A stretch of DNA of 64,000 bases from Calditrichia bacterium (GCA_963796965.1 CAWCNS010000005.1:608001-672000), one strand, 5' to 3'. Counted from the first letter of the stretch, positions 41,646-54,968 are shown. Made by a program: numbers and translations. The notes: a model not told the origin generated them from the sequence alone.

Positions 41646-44068
41646 TTATATTTCCAAATTGTTATCGAACCAATAAGATTGATCCTTCTCTGTCTCAATC
41701 TCTATCACTTTTTCCCCATACCTGATTTTGCACGTATTTCCTATTTTTGACAGCAAATTCATTCCTACTAACAATCCGTTTTTCCAGTACATATCCACCA
41801 CAAAACCTCCACGGGCACATAATCCTTCCACTGATCCTTCGGCCCAGGCCTGAGGCAATCCAGGCAGTAGATGGATCTCTCCAGCATGACTCTGTATCAG
41901 CATTTCGGCTATACCCGCCGTAACACCAAAATTGGCGTCCATTTGAAAAGGGGGATGTTGGGTGAAAAGATTCGGACTAATATTTTTCGATAGAACAACA
42001 TCGAGACTTCTTTTGGCTTTCTCAGTCTCACCCAACCGCGCATACTGGCTAATCAGCCAGGCAGCACTCCAGCCAGTATGTCCGCCGCCATGTTCTATTC
42101 GATAATCCAAAGATTTTTTCGCTGCTTGACTAATTTTGGCGTCTGGGTCGCATTTATTTGATAACCCGGATGAAGGGCAAATAAGTGAGAGATATGTCGA
42201 TGTCCGGGTTCAACCTCTGGAAATTCTTCGGCCCATTCCATTAACCTTCCATCAGAACCGATCTTATTTCCGGCGAGATTTTTCTGAGCGGATAAAACAT
42301 CCTGCACATAACCATCAGTAACTCCTAATTCATTTGATGCTATAATAAAATCATTGAAAAGAACCCAGATAACCTGCTGGTCATGGGCGGGGCCCATACT
42401 GATTTGGCTACTGCTCCCATCGGGGGCTATAAATGAATTTTCCGGTGATACTGCCGGTCCGGAAACCAAATTACCCGTTTGCGGATGTTCAACAAGCCAA
42501 TCCATATAAAATTCAACTGAACCCTTTAGTACCGGATACATTCTTTTAAGAAAATTCCTGTCACCATTAAAACGATAATGCTCCAGAATATGAGATGAGA
42601 TCCATGCACCGGCTCCGGTATGCATACCCCAAGAAGCCCTTTCTCCTGGTGCTGTATACCCCCAGACATTGGTAATTGGATGAACCACCCAACCCTTTGC
42701 TTTGTAGTGAACTTTAGCAGTTTCAGTTCCTGGTTCGACTAAGGACGCAATTAATTCAAATAATGGCAGATGTATCTCTGAAAGATTTGTCACCTCTGCC
42801 GGCCAGTAATTCATTTCAACATTCACATCCGTATGGTAATCACTATTCCAGGGCGTTTGAACTTTATTGGCCCACACGCCCTGTAGATTTGCCGGCAAGG
42901 ATCCCGGTCTTGAAGACGAGATTAACAAGTAGCGTCCGTATTGGAAGACCAATTCAACAAGATGAGGATCAGGATTCCCTCCCCTGAATGACCGGATACG
43001 ATCATCTGTAGGAACAGTCTGCAATTTACCCGGTGTAATATCAAAGTTCACCCTGCTATAATACTTCTGAAACTCTTTTTTATGTGCCTCAAATAATTCT
43101 GTATAAGGTGTATTTGAAGCAACCTGAAGATTGGTATTTGAAAGGCTGATATAATCTCTGCCTTTATAATCAGGATATTTAAGCATATAATCGGTACTCG
43201 CCGATAACAGAAGCACCACCTCATCGCCATCCTCAATAACTAATGATGAATCCGTATACGAGACGCGTCCATTTGAATGGACAGCCGTCAATCTTGAGAT
43301 ATAATGAAGTCCATCACCGCCTTTGCCGTCATGCAGGCTACCCTTCATAATTAGTTGATTATTTTCTGTGTAAGTACGATATCTTTCCGGTCGGTTCATT
43401 TTGCACGTAAATGAAATTTGACCGGGTTTATCTGCTGAAAATTTCGCTACCATTACCTGGTGGGGCTGACTGGTAAATATTTCCCGCTGAAAATTCACAC
43501 CTTCCTGTGAATACTTAACCCTGACCACTGCATCATCCAGGTCGAGTTCTCGCAAATAATTTGTATAGTTTTTATCATCCTCAAAGTCTATCCATAGATC
43601 ACCCAATGTTTGATAACAGCCAAAGGGTACATTTGCACCGTTCCCCTGACCTGAGCCTTTGCCTTTACATACTTGCGTTTTATTGGTCAGAATAGTTGCC
43701 TCTCTATAGTTTCCTGCAAACAACAGATTGCGAATCCTATTTAAGGAAGAGTATGCATGGGGATTAACATTATCATCCGGACTACCAGACCACAGGGTTT
43801 CTTCATTTAACTGGATTCTTTCCTTATTAACATCACCAAAAACCATCGCTCCTAGAGATCCATTGCCAAGCGGTAAGGCTTTTAGCCATTCCGGATCGTC
43901 TTTCCAGGCATTATTATTATCTGCAATCTGTGCATCCGCCGGATGGTCATACCACAGCCTAAGGTTTTTCTCAGGGAGATTTTCTGTACAACCGTATAAG
44001 AATGAGCAGAGAAGGATCCAAACCAATGCAGAAAATAGTCTTACGATTAATTTTTTGAGAGATGTCAT
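41646..44068 (-). CDS. GH95 alpha-1,2-L-fucosidase (frameshift near 42125)
   Basis: ALPLGNG, LNEETLWSG, FQYGRYLLISSSR, PANLQG, VEMNYW, HRHISHL, PFQMDANFG. Confidence 0.9.
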
Positions 44069-44345
44069 AATAGTTGCCTTAGATTATTTATATATTATCA
44101 GAATTTTATTTGGACAGGATAACAGGACATACAGGATTAAAAAACTTTTAAATTAAAAATAATTTCATGCTCTTCTGCCCTGGGCATCCCCTTGGGAGTA
44201 TATTCTTTGCGGACCTTCGTGATATTCTTTAATAATACGATTATCCACGAGGAAGACACAAAGTCCACAAAGGAAGCACTCATATGGGAATAACAATGAT
44301 AGAGTGAAAAGAAATTTCCCAGATGTAGTCCATCTTTAAGATGGA

Positions 44346-45410
44346 CTACATCTCTGGAAGGCGATGCCCCGATCGTATCCAATCACCAACCTGCTTTAGG
44401 GTTCTTACATCGATATCACGAATCTTTCCCTCATAATTCGGACCAATATTGATTGAAAATATATTTCCGTACGTCACCGCACCTAGATAATCTTTATAAA
44501 TCTTTTCTGGTGAGTGGCAGAGGCCATCATGTTTAGGTAAGGAATAGAACCAATCTGCCCCACCCTGGTGTTTTGGTAATATGGGATATGTAAACTCTGC
44601 TGCCAGATAGCCTTTAAAGTTTTCTTCTCCTTTTGCATTATATTTGGAAACATTCGTATCACCTATGAGACCAGGCTTTCCTCGTTCCCTCAAGCTAAGT
44701 CGGCCGGCAGGTTCACCATGGTTGAAGCCAACAAAACAATTGGGTTGTAATTTATTTACCCACTCTGCTGTGGCCGTATGAGAAAGTCCACCATCGCTTT
44801 GTGCATGATCCATCCAGAAAAATTCGAGGGGGCCATATTTGGTGCACAATTCTTTTAGTTGTTGCTTTTTTAGCACACTATCTTGCCCCGTCCTCCATAT
44901 GGGATCTCCCCATTTAGGTTGTCCCGGAATTCTTCCATCTTGTGGGATTTCTCCCTTGATCCATGTCCAGTCCCCTTCTGAGAAGTACAGAGCCAGTTTT
45001 ATTCCATACTTATCACAGGATTTGCGCAATTTTGCCAATACATCAACACCGAGGGGACTATTTGTTACCTTAAAATCGGTTGTCTCTGTATCCCATAAAC
45101 AAAAGCCATCATGATGTTTGGTCAGAAACAAAATGTAATTCATGCCAGCTTCTTTGGCGACGCGGCACCATTGATCGGTATCGCATCCAGTGGCCCTGAA
45201 ATAGTTTACATCACTAATGCCGCGCGTCCATTCGTAACCAGAGAAGGTGCTGAACGACCAGCAGATAAACATGCCGAACTCCATTTCTTTGATTTGTTCT
45301 GCGCGGATATAATCGTCAATCCTTGCATTTTTTTCTCCCGGATTTTGACCCTGACAGCCAATTATCACGGGAATAATTAAAGTTATTAAACTGATTAAGA
45401 TGTTTTTCAT
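44346..45410 (-). CDS. Short GH29 alpha-L-fucosidase-like lipoprotein
   Basis: FGMFICW, TKHHDGFCLW, FWMDH, NIGPNYEG. Confidence 0.75.
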   Translation of the reverse strand: MKNILISLITLIIPVIIGCQGQNPGEKNARIDDYIRAEQIKEMEFGMFICWSFSTFSGYEWTRGISDVNYFRATGCDTDQWCRVAKEAGMNYILFLTKHHDGFCLWDTETTDFKVTNSPLGVDVLAKLRKSCDKYGIKLALYFSEGDWTWIKGEIPQDGRIPGQPKWGDPIWRTGQDSVLKKQQLKELCTKYGPLEFFWMDHAQSDGGLSHTATAEWVNKLQPNCFVGFNHGEPAGRLSLRERGKPGLIGDTNVSKYNAKGEENFKGYLAAEFTYPILPKHQGGADWFYSLPKHDGLCHSPEKIYKDYLGAVTYGNIFSINIGPNYEGKIRDIDVRTLKQVGDWIRSGHRLPEM

Positions 45411-45522
45411 AATTTTAACCTTTGTTATCTGTCATCCGTTGAGGTGAACTCCCATTATATCCTAAAAATGGAAATCGGCATTTCCAAAATATGCCTGGTC
45501 ATATAGATTAATTTTCCTTTTT

Positions 45523-45548
45523 GTCATCCCGTTCCGGGACTGAATGAC
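45523..45548. repeat. GTCA..TGAC hairpin, inverted copy of 20006-20031
   Basis: GTCATCCCGTTCCGGGACTGAATGAC differs at two positions from the reverse complement of 20006-20031. Confidence 0.75.
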
Positions 45549-45629
45549 AAGAATCGGATTAGACCTTCATTATATTCGTGGTTAAAAACCGCAGTTTCAT
45601 ATCCTATACTGGTATCAATAAGATCCAAA

Positions 45630-47039
45630 TTAAACATCTTCAATTTTAATTATCCAGGCATAATCTCCCGGCGGATTATCACAGATTGAATCAGGAATCT
45701 CAACTACCATTTCATGCTTTTGCATTTTCCACTTCAAGATTTGTTCTCTGCCCAGCAATGTGATTTGTGAAGATTCTCCAGGCTTATTTAATTTTAGGTT
45801 TATTTTTGAGGGTGGTCTCTTTTCATTCTCATTTGCCAAATAAATAGCATACATGGATCGACTGTTTTTATTCTGAGTATAACAAACCTTTCCTTTTTTG
45901 TAGGGTGCAAGTGGCTGTGACCCATAAATGGCTTCTCCATTAATATCCATCCAACACCCTATTTCTTCCAGACGTTTATAGGCCTCTTTCTCCCAAAGTC
46001 CCTCAGGCGTTGGACCAATATTCAATAGAAAATTTCCACCCTTGGCGACCACATCCACCAGGGTATGGATCAATTGCCGTGCACTCTTGTATTCCGGTTC
46101 AAAATTATGCCCCCAACTTTGAGTCATGGTCATACAGGTTTCCCAGGGAAAGGGTAATACCTCATCCGGAACCTCTTGCTCAGGCGTCCTGTAATTTTCA
46201 TAGGGGCCGTGAACTGTTCTGTCTACGACAATTAAACCCGGTTGATGCCGTCTGGCCATATTAATTATTCTGGGCATATTTATATCCTGCTCCCATTCCG
46301 GAATATTATACCCCCAGGAACGCACCTCATCCGTAATCGTCGAATTAGGACGAACCCAGCCGCCGTCAAGCCAAAGAATATCCATATTGCCATATCCGGT
46401 CATCAACTCTTCAATTTGGTTATAGGTAAAATCACGGAACGTCTGCCATCGTTGTGGATATTTTCTCACATCATAATTATTGCAGCGGTTGGGTGTAGCC
46501 AGTAACGGTGACCAATAAGCAGGGTGATGCCAATCAGGTTTGGAAAAATAGACACCTGTCATAAATCCCTTATCGTGAAAAGCATTAAAAACTTCCTTGG
46601 CAATATTTGCTTTGGGATGCATTGAAAAGGGACATTTCTCTCCAGTTATCTTAAAATCCGATTGTTTTGTATCGAACATATTGAAACCATCATGATGTTT
46701 GGTAGAAAATATCAGATATTTCATTCCGGCATTTAAAGCAGCCTCCGCCCAGGGTTGGGGATCAAATTTTTGCGGGTTGAACTTTTTGATGAGATTAAAA
46801 TACATCTCTTTATATTCCGTATAGGGCATCCCTCCTCTATCCTGGAATGGCTGATCTTCTGAACAGAGTCCCCAGGATTCAACAATACCCAATTGGGCAT
46901 AGAGCCCCCAGTGCATCATCAATCCAAATTTCAAATCCTGCCAGTGCTCAAGTTTCTTACGTACCAGGGGATCATCAGGATATTCATAATTCGTTTTTTG
47001 AAAGGGGTGCTCCTGACCCTTTAAATCTTTTGAGTTCAT
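45630..47039 (-). CDS. GH29 alpha-L-fucosidase
   Basis: WQDLKFGLMMHWG, KHHDGF, WLDGGW, TPEQ, WETCMTM, GGNFLLNIGP. Confidence 0.9.
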   Translation of the reverse strand: MNSKDLKGQEHPFQKTNYEYPDDPLVRKKLEHWQDLKFGLMMHWGLYAQLGIVESWGLCSEDQPFQDRGGMPYTEYKEMYFNLIKKFNPQKFDPQPWAEAALNAGMKYLIFSTKHHDGFNMFDTKQSDFKITGEKCPFSMHPKANIAKEVFNAFHDKGFMTGVYFSKPDWHHPAYWSPLLATPNRCNNYDVRKYPQRWQTFRDFTYNQIEELMTGYGNMDILWLDGGWVRPNSTITDEVRSWGYNIPEWEQDINMPRIINMARRHQPGLIVVDRTVHGPYENYRTPEQEVPDEVLPFPWETCMTMTQSWGHNFEPEYKSARQLIHTLVDVVAKGGNFLLNIGPTPEGLWEKEAYKRLEEIGCWMDINGEAIYGSQPLAPYKKGKVCYTQNKNSRSMYAIYLANENEKRPPSKINLKLNKPGESSQITLLGREQILKWKMQKHEMVVEIPDSICDNPPGDYAWIIKIEDV

Positions 47040-47198
47040 AACTATAATTGAATCCTTATTAATTCGTAGTTGCAGACCACAAAGACTTAGTCCAACGAAT
47101 TATACACAGATAAACTCGACAGTCAATAAATTTGACGAATAAATTGAAATAAATTGCTCTTATTTTGATTAGTGAAATTCGTAGTAATTCGTGGATAT

Positions 47199-48537
47199 CT
47201 AATTACTCTCTATCTCGTTCCCCTTCTCCCGATAGAGATCCACCGGACCTTTAAGGAGGACAGCCAGCACTGTAGCCTGCTCATCCAATACTTTCTCTGG
47301 TACATCGATATATACAACCCCGGGTACCGTACTCCAGAATAGTTTCATTTTTATATCCCAGGAGAGTTTGGTTCCGTTACCCACAACCCAAATTCGGTTG
47401 ATTTCATTTTTCAATCCTTTAATAACAATCGGTCCATTAGGTTTATGGGGGAGATATAGATATAAGATGTCCTTATTTTTAGAAAGAGCGGTCGGTCCAT
47501 AATAATGGCCATGGGGAATACCTGCCCGTGTTCCATAGATAGCCTCCTCATGTTTAGTGGACCAACGGCCGAGCTCATTGAGGATTTGAACCTGTTCTTC
47601 CGGAATTGAGCCGTCAGCCTTTGGACCTATATCAAGAAGCATATTACCCCCCATACTAATACAATCGACAAAAATTCGGATGATCTGATTTGCTGACTTG
47701 TAATTATGGTCGTTATGTTGGTAGCCCCAGGAATCATTCATGGTCATACATAATTCCCACCACTTGCCTTCGGGTTTGGTGACTGGCAGACCTTGTTCCG
47801 GAGTGGCATAATCCCCATAACCTTGAAGACGGGAATTGATAATAACGTTCGGATTATTATCCAGCAGAAGTTCCCGGATTTCCTTTGCTTGCCATCTTTC
47901 AGCACTCTGTTCCCAATCACCATCAAACCATACCAAATCAGGGTTGTATTCTTCAGATAGTTCTTCAATCTGCCCTAAGTTAAACACAGTAAAACGTTCA
48001 AACCGCAATGAATCACTTTCGTAACGTTTCTGATCCCGCAGAAAATTTGGATAGTCCGGATGGGACCAGTCCAATAGGGAATAATATAACCCAACTTTCA
48101 GATCATTATCACGTAAAGCCTGGCAATAGGGTCCTACCAGATCTCGCTTGGCGGATGTTTTATTAACCACATTAAGATCAGACTGTTCCGTGTTCCATAA
48201 CGCAACACCATCATGATGTTTTGCTGTCAAAACGGCATATTTAGCACCGCTAGCCTTGATTAATTTTGCCCAGTATTGGGGATCATAATTTTTAGACTGT
48301 AAATCCATTCAATTGCCCCATATAGTCATCATACGTGATATAGCCATTGTGGAAGGACCATGACTCATCGATACCATTGACAGCATATATGCCCCAATGA
48401 ATAAAAATACCCAACTTGGCATCTTTAAACCATTGCATACGCTCTGCCTTGTGCTCGACAGATTCTTCGCTCTGTGCAAGAAGGCCCAGTGTTCCAATAA
48501 ATAAAAGTCCCATAATAACGATAATTATTCTTCTCAT
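47199..48537 (-). CDS. GH29 alpha-L-fucosidase (frameshift near 48297)
   Basis: WFKDAKLGIFIHWG, KHHDG, WFDGDW, TPEQ, WELCMTMNDSWG; signal peptide. Confidence 0.9.
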
Positions 48538-48578
48538 ATTTACCCTTTCCGACAAAGCATTTTTGATTCTAGTTCACT

Positions 48579-48670
48579 GTCATTCCGTCCCGGAACGGGA
48601 TCCCTTTGGATAGGAATCTTCCCAGATGTTGCATTTTTGGTTTCATGTGGAAAGATCCTTTCAGGATGAC
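48579..48670. repeat. GTCA..ATCT / AGAT..TGAC composite palindrome
   Basis: GTCATTCCGTCCCGGAACGGGATCCCTTTGGATAGGAATCT ... AGATCCTTTCAGGATGAC. Confidence 0.65.
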
Positions 48671-48785
48671 AATCACAATTTTAACAATTAAAACCATCAC
48701 ATTTAATATTGAACAATTTAACCATTGCCAATACATATTCACGCTTCCCATTGATTATCACACTTGATGGGAATAGATTTATGAT

Positions 48786-51024
48786 TCAATTTGGTTGGAG
48801 TGAGAGCCTTTCTCCTATAGATGTTGATATCACCAGTCGCCTTCCTTCTAAAATTTCTTCAACTCCTCCACTACGTTGAAGAACAACCGGCTTTCCTATC
48901 CATGGATTTACAACAGTACACTTTCTCCCCTTTTCACTATAAATTCTGATATGCGATATATGCCCATTTTTAAGATCACTGGAAACCAAAAAGGCACCTG
49001 GAATCCGGAGATTGGTGAAACTGGCGTCCTTTTTCCGTGGCCAGACGGGAAAAACTCTTAATACATTTTGATGTCCCATACAAAGCATTTCATTTATTGT
49101 ATTTGGAACCGTACTGCAATTCTCAATCCCATGGGGATTATTTTTTTGAAAGCCATTGGGATATGTATTTTGTACTAATTCGGACAGGTGCATTAATATA
49201 GTCTTGGGATCGTAGCCAACCCGAACGGCAGCGGGGTAGAAACTATTGGTTCCATTATAATCCAACCAGCGATCCATAATCTCAATGGTATTTCTTGAGA
49301 TCTCCAACACCTGCGGATCGCTGTCTAATCCAATCTGGCCAGCAGGATAAATATGCTGTATTCCTAAGGTATTATCATTCCACCAGGATGTACCTTCCTC
49401 TGAATAGCGAAAGACCTGTTCCCCATCTTTGATTTGGAGGGGATAAGGAGGCATTTTTTTTAGAATATTTCCCCATTCTTCGATCTTATTAAGATTCTGC
49501 TCAAGATACACACTCATATCAATGGCTGTTTGTAAAACCATACGGAACCAATCCTAATGATAAAATCGGATTCTTTGTTCCATAGGTCCCCTCATGAATA
49601 GCATCATTATAGATATTATACTGTCCATTTTCAAGAACAAGATACTTTTCCCAAAATTTTACAACATCGATTACAAATGGATAGACCCGTCGGGTGAATG
49701 CTGCATCATACGTATGATAAAAATGAGCAGAAATATTTGTAACACAATAAGCAGCATTACTTTTCTGGCCCCAAAACATCCCTTCATCTTCATAGGCATC
49801 AAGATGAGATTTGCGTTTTTCGGCAGGAGATTTGCGCGTTGTTTCGATGCCTTTTGGTCCGATTCCTACCGGATACAAAACCCCTTGTATTCCACATACT
49901 TTTTGGGCATAATATTGACCCCTGGTGTGGAAATCAAGAATTGGTGCAATATAGGGCAACGCTTGCTCAATACGGTTAGAACTGTATAAGGAATAAAACG
50001 GCGCCATATGATTATAGTTAAGATGATAATCTCCGCTCCACCAGGGCTTGTTTACACTAACCCAGGGTCCAAAAAGGGAAGGTGGAAATTCAGGGTCCCT
50101 GGAAGAACTACCCATCGTGTACAGGGATAAGTAATAATATTTTTCAAGAAGCGTGTCATTTAAACTCACATAACTTTTTGCCCAAAAGTTTTGCCACCAG
50201 TCCCGATGTGCATATACAATTTCATCCAGATCAGCCAGATCGACAAGGTTAATTGCATCTTCAATATAATTCTTATTCTTAAACAAACTTGCCATCCCCA
50301 GATAGAGTTGAATCTTCTCCCCCGGTTCTATCCTGAATTCCCCTCCATTAGTCGTCGACATATTTAATGCCAGGGCAACAGCACTGGGAATTTCAACATT
50401 TTTTTCAAATTTTCGTACCATCCATAAGATACCTTTTGACCTGCCCTGGAGGGAGTCTGACTGGCCTCCCTGGATGCTATGCAGGGAAATTCTTCCCGTT
50501 GTTGCTTTTTTTTCTGCTTCTATCTCAACTATAAAGAGATTTGTCGTTGCGGCTACAAAACATTTTATTTTTAAATTTTTATCGTCTTTATCTAATATGA
50601 TTTTTGTTGTCGCATCGTATAGATTTTGTGTTGCACGATAATCTCCCATTTTAAAATCCGGAAATTCAATATCAAGATGGCCGATTCCGCTAAAATATCC
50701 CCTATCGTGCTCAGATTTGAAGCGCCAGAAATCATTCTTGCTCAACCAAAAGCTAATCTTTTCCGGATCACCACCAATGGCCACTGCCATATCACCATTA
50801 CCTAATAAAGGTGCGTCCACAGAGTATGGCATGGGAATTTTTTGAGGAGGGGTATCAAATATTATTTCATATTTTGAAACAATATTTTTTGATTTTTCTA
50901 TATGGGGATTGTTTTTTGTCTGGCAGGAGAATATATGACTCTGAATAAATATGATTAATACTAAAATGGTTTTTGAAAGCAAGTAAAAATATTTAAAAAT
51001 GATCATCATTTTTCTCTTTTCCAT
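48786..51024 (-). CDS. Divergent GH95-like (alpha/alpha)6 glycoside hydrolase, lipoprotein (frameshift near 49545)
   Basis: APLLGNGD, WWQNFW.KS, WSGDYHLNYN, HGIENC, NEML, LRVFP.WP, LRIPGAFLVS. Confidence 0.65.
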
Positions 51025-51127
51025 TATCGAGAGAGTTTCCAATCAATATTAATGAAGCCAACAGATATATCAGATTTATGGCAATCATAGATTTTCCATT
51101 TAGTATTCATACGTTTGAAAAATAGCT

Positions 51128-51284
51128 TTTCACACAGCGATACTACGACGCGAAGAGAAACAATACAAAATAAATAACACAAAAGAAAAAATAGTAGTTA
51201 AACTACTATCATTATGGTAGAAAAATATTTTTTATCTTGTATTTTGTATTAAAAATCGCTGCGCCGTTGCGTCGCTGCGTGAAA
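51128..51284. repeat. Octamer-arm element, degenerate relative of 39565-39707
   Basis: TTTCACACAGCGATACTACGACGCGA ... CGCTGCGCCGTTGCGTCGCTGCGTGAAA. Confidence 0.75.
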
Positions 51285-51322
51285 TGCAAATATGGTAATA
51301 AGTAAAACTTATAAAACTACCT

Positions 51323-52799
51323 TTATCTGGAATAATGCGGATTTACTGTCGGCATTTGAGCATCTACCTCTTGTTGCCAGGCATGAAGTTTCTTATGTAA
51401 ATCTACAACTTTGTCCGGCATTTCAGTAGCAAGATTGTTCATCTCTCCAATATCTTCTTTTAAATTATAGAGTTCTACATGATCATCTTCAAAGAACTCA
51501 ATAAGTTTAAAATCACCCTCTCTAATAGCCGAGCCCGGACTTCCCCCCTGATTGCCATAATGGGGATAATGCCAGAATATGGCCTCTCTTTCCAAGCCTG
51601 TTTTGCCCTTCAAAAGAGGTACTAATGAGACACCATCCCTATGCTGTTTTGGATTCCCGGAAAAACCTGCCATTTCTAATATCGTCGGATAGAAATCCGT
51701 GCTGGTAACCGGCACCGCACAGATATTTCCCTCGTTAGATGCACCGGACCATTTGATGATCATCGGTTCGCGAATACCTCCTTCGTATAACCAGCCTTTT
51801 CCGGCTCGAAGCGGCAAATTGCTGGTGGGATGTCCTTCAGAAGTTGAGAGTCCGCCATTATCTGACATAAATATGACCACTGTGTTTTTATCAAGCCTTA
51901 AATCTCGTAGTTTTTTCAGGACCTTTCCAACAGCCATATCCATTGCCTCTACCATTCCTGCATAGACAGCATGGTCCTGAACAAGACGCCATTTCCGATC
52001 TCCTTCCTGCCCCCATTTAGGTCCATTGACAACCTGCTTTTGTGCTTTGGCCTCATACTTTATCTGCAGATCCTCACGTGAAATTAATGGGGTATGGACA
52101 GAATAAAAGGAGAGATAGGCGAAGAAGGGTTGTTCCTGGTTTTCTTCGATAAACTGACAGGTTTCACTTGCCAAGCGGTCAGGAAGATGCTCGCCTTCGG
52201 GACCATCAGATAATCTCGGATTGCCGTAAGGCGAAAAATACCTCTTTCCGCCATAGGGCCCCCCCCTCTCCCAACCACCCTTATTTACATCAAAGCCCTG
52301 ATCTTCCGGATAATATCCTTCGTGCCCCAAATGCCATTTACCGGCAAAAAAGGTAGCATAGCCATTATTGTTTCAGTTTTTCGGCAATGGTTTCTTCTTC
52401 CAGAGGCAGGTGTTCAATATACGATGCAGGTAGAAAGCGTTTATTTTTTGTCCAATGTTTTGCCGCCGTTTCTGGTTGGGGTGCCCCGAACCAGTCAGTG
52501 GTATTCATTCGAGCCGGATATTTCCCACTCATGATACTGGCCCGTGTTGGGCTGCACACAGGACATGCCGCGTAGGCATCGGTAAACCGCATACCCTCAA
52601 CTGCTAACTGGTCAATATTTGGCGTTTCATAGAAACTACTTCCAAAGACACCCACATCAGTCCATCCCAGATCATCTACCAAGATGAAGACGAAATTTGG
52701 TTTTTCTTTTTCGATGCAGGACATCATAATCAGCGTAATAAAAAAAATAGAAAATATCAACTGAATAGATCTGAAATCTTGTTTTATCATGGAAACCAT
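51323..52799 (-). CDS. Cys-type sulfatase, lipoprotein (frameshift near 52366)
   Basis: VDDLGW, CSPTRAS, GKWH across the junction, [19 protein letters not shown]. Confidence 0.9.
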
Positions 52800-52851
52800 C
52801 GATGCCTCTCGTTACGATTTGATCTCAAATTATATAATTTTAAAAGAACTG

Positions 52852-53036
52852 GACAGGATAACAGGATTTAGAGGATCTTTTGAAATAATTTCTTCTAAAC
52901 GAGAATATTATAATTTTTAGTTGCTCTTTATGTCTTTACAGGCCGAAATACCGATCTCCAATCGGGAGAATGACGAGAAGGTCATCCTGAATTTATTTCA
53001 GGATCTCTCTGATAAATACAACCCTGTTATCCTGTC
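52852..53036. repeat. Second copy of the GACAGGAT / GTCA-hairpin composite
   Basis: GACAGGATAACAGGATTTAGAGGAT ... GTCATCCTGAATTTATTTCAGGATCT (identical to 22297-22322) ... CCTGTTATCCTGTC. Confidence 0.85.
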
Positions 53037-53107
53037 TAAAGAAAACATTTACATTAATCTGAAACTGATTTCACCAGATATCTTCATTCGATTAACTATT
53101 ATTCACT

Positions 53108-54932
53108 TTATAGATTTAGCCCCTCAATCTTAAATGTCCAGGCGTATAAACCAGGTAATTCATTCAAATACATATCGCTCAAGTCAACACGAACCTTCCC
53201 ATCTTCATGTTTATAGGAAAAATATCCTTCCCTGCCCAGCATGGAAATGTTCACATCCGCTCCAGATAAATCTACAGGCAAAATCAATTCACGTCCCGGC
53301 CAATCAAGAATAGTGACATATAAATTTCCCTGGTTTTGTGTATAGCAAATATATTGAGTTTTGGAGCGGTAGATTCCCTTAAGACCATTCTTCGCAGCCC
53401 TATCTTGGGATGTAAAGAATGCTGATTCGGGAACGACTTGTTTTTCCTGGCTCTTCGATGACCAGAACAATCTAATAGAAGCGTTCTGTTTACTTTCAAA
53501 ATAGTCGATTTTTATGGTGTGCTTATTACCTGACCTGAGTTGTATTTTACCTTCTTCCCGGGTCTTTGCTTCATTCATCATCACATTTCCATCGGCACTC
53601 TCTTCTGACTTTTTCCATTTATCAATGATTAGTTTTCCATCTATCCATAACCGCATACCATCATCGGCTTGTGCTTCAAAGAAATATTCCTCCGAATATT
53701 CCGGCTTGAATAAATCCTGTCCAGGTAGCGGTGAAATTATCTTCGATAATCGGCTTACCCGGTGTATTTCTAACCCAGTTAAAATTGATCTGCGGATCAA
53801 CACGTTCCAATATGACATCTTTTTCCTCTCCGGCACGTTCCCACATGGTTGATCCGTAAATAGCCTCACCATTGATAGCCAGCCATTCTCCCAGCTGAAC
53901 CAATCGTTCCTGCTGCAGTAAGGGAATCTGACCGTCCGCCTTCGGACCTACATTGATCGTAATGCCCCCTCCATGGGAAACAGCTTTTGCAAAAAAATGT
54001 ATCAAAGCCTCCGGCGTCATATAGGCTTCTAACTTTTCATTTCGATTTAGACCAAAACTTCTCCCCAAACCACGGACTTCCGCCCAGGGGCGGTCGGACA
54101 TTTTCAGACCGGAACTATACTCGGGGGTCCGGTAACCAATATTACTCCCCCCTCCCCAGCGATCATTTACGATAGCCTCATCCCCGACAAGATTATAATA
54201 CCAGGATAACAGTTCAGCAGCATGAAAATCATCAGCCTTGTTAAACCATTCTCCATCTGAAAATATGAGCGAGGGTTTATAGGTACCAATCAATTCTTTG
54301 AACTGCGGGATCATATGCTTTTCTACATACGGTCCGATATTTTCATTCGGATCCGTGTACCAACGATGAAGGGGATGATTCCATTCTGTAAGGGAATAAT
54401 ACAATCCCATTTTAAGGCCGGCAGCACGGGTTGCGTCTGATAATTCACCCACAATATCCTTTTTGGGTCCCACATCAACACTATTCCAACCCGACGCATA
54501 TTTACTGGGCCATAAACAATAACCATCATGATGCTTGGCAACAAAGATAATATAGCGGGCACCGCTCCGTTTAAATAGGTTTGCCCATTCCTCAGCATCA
54601 AACAATTCGGCTTTAAAAAGAGGGGCATAATCACGGTAGGTAAAATCCTCGCCATAAACCCGTTTCTGAAAATTTGTTCTGCGCGGATCACCCACTTGAA
54701 GCCCTCTTAGGAACCATTCGTTGTAGGATTCCTTCCCCCCATAGGCCGGAACCGAGGAGACCCCCCAGTGAATAAAGATACCCAACTTGGCATCTTTGAA
54801 CCATTGCGGATAGGGGCGGGTACGTAACTCTTCCCAATTGGCAGTCCATATTTTGGATGATTTCCCATCCTGGGCAAGCAGAGAGAAGGATAAAGTTAGA
54901 ATTATGACGCTAACAAGAAATCTGATATACAT
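53108..54932 (-). CDS. GH29 alpha-L-fucosidase with PA14 domain (frameshift near 53708)
   Basis: WFKDAKLGIFIHWG, KHHDGY, FSDGEW, VNDRWG; PA14 region INFNW..DNFTATWTG..ADDGMRLWIDG. Confidence 0.85.
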
Positions 54933-54968
54933 TTTATACTCCCGAGAATTTATAGTAATTTTTTATTT

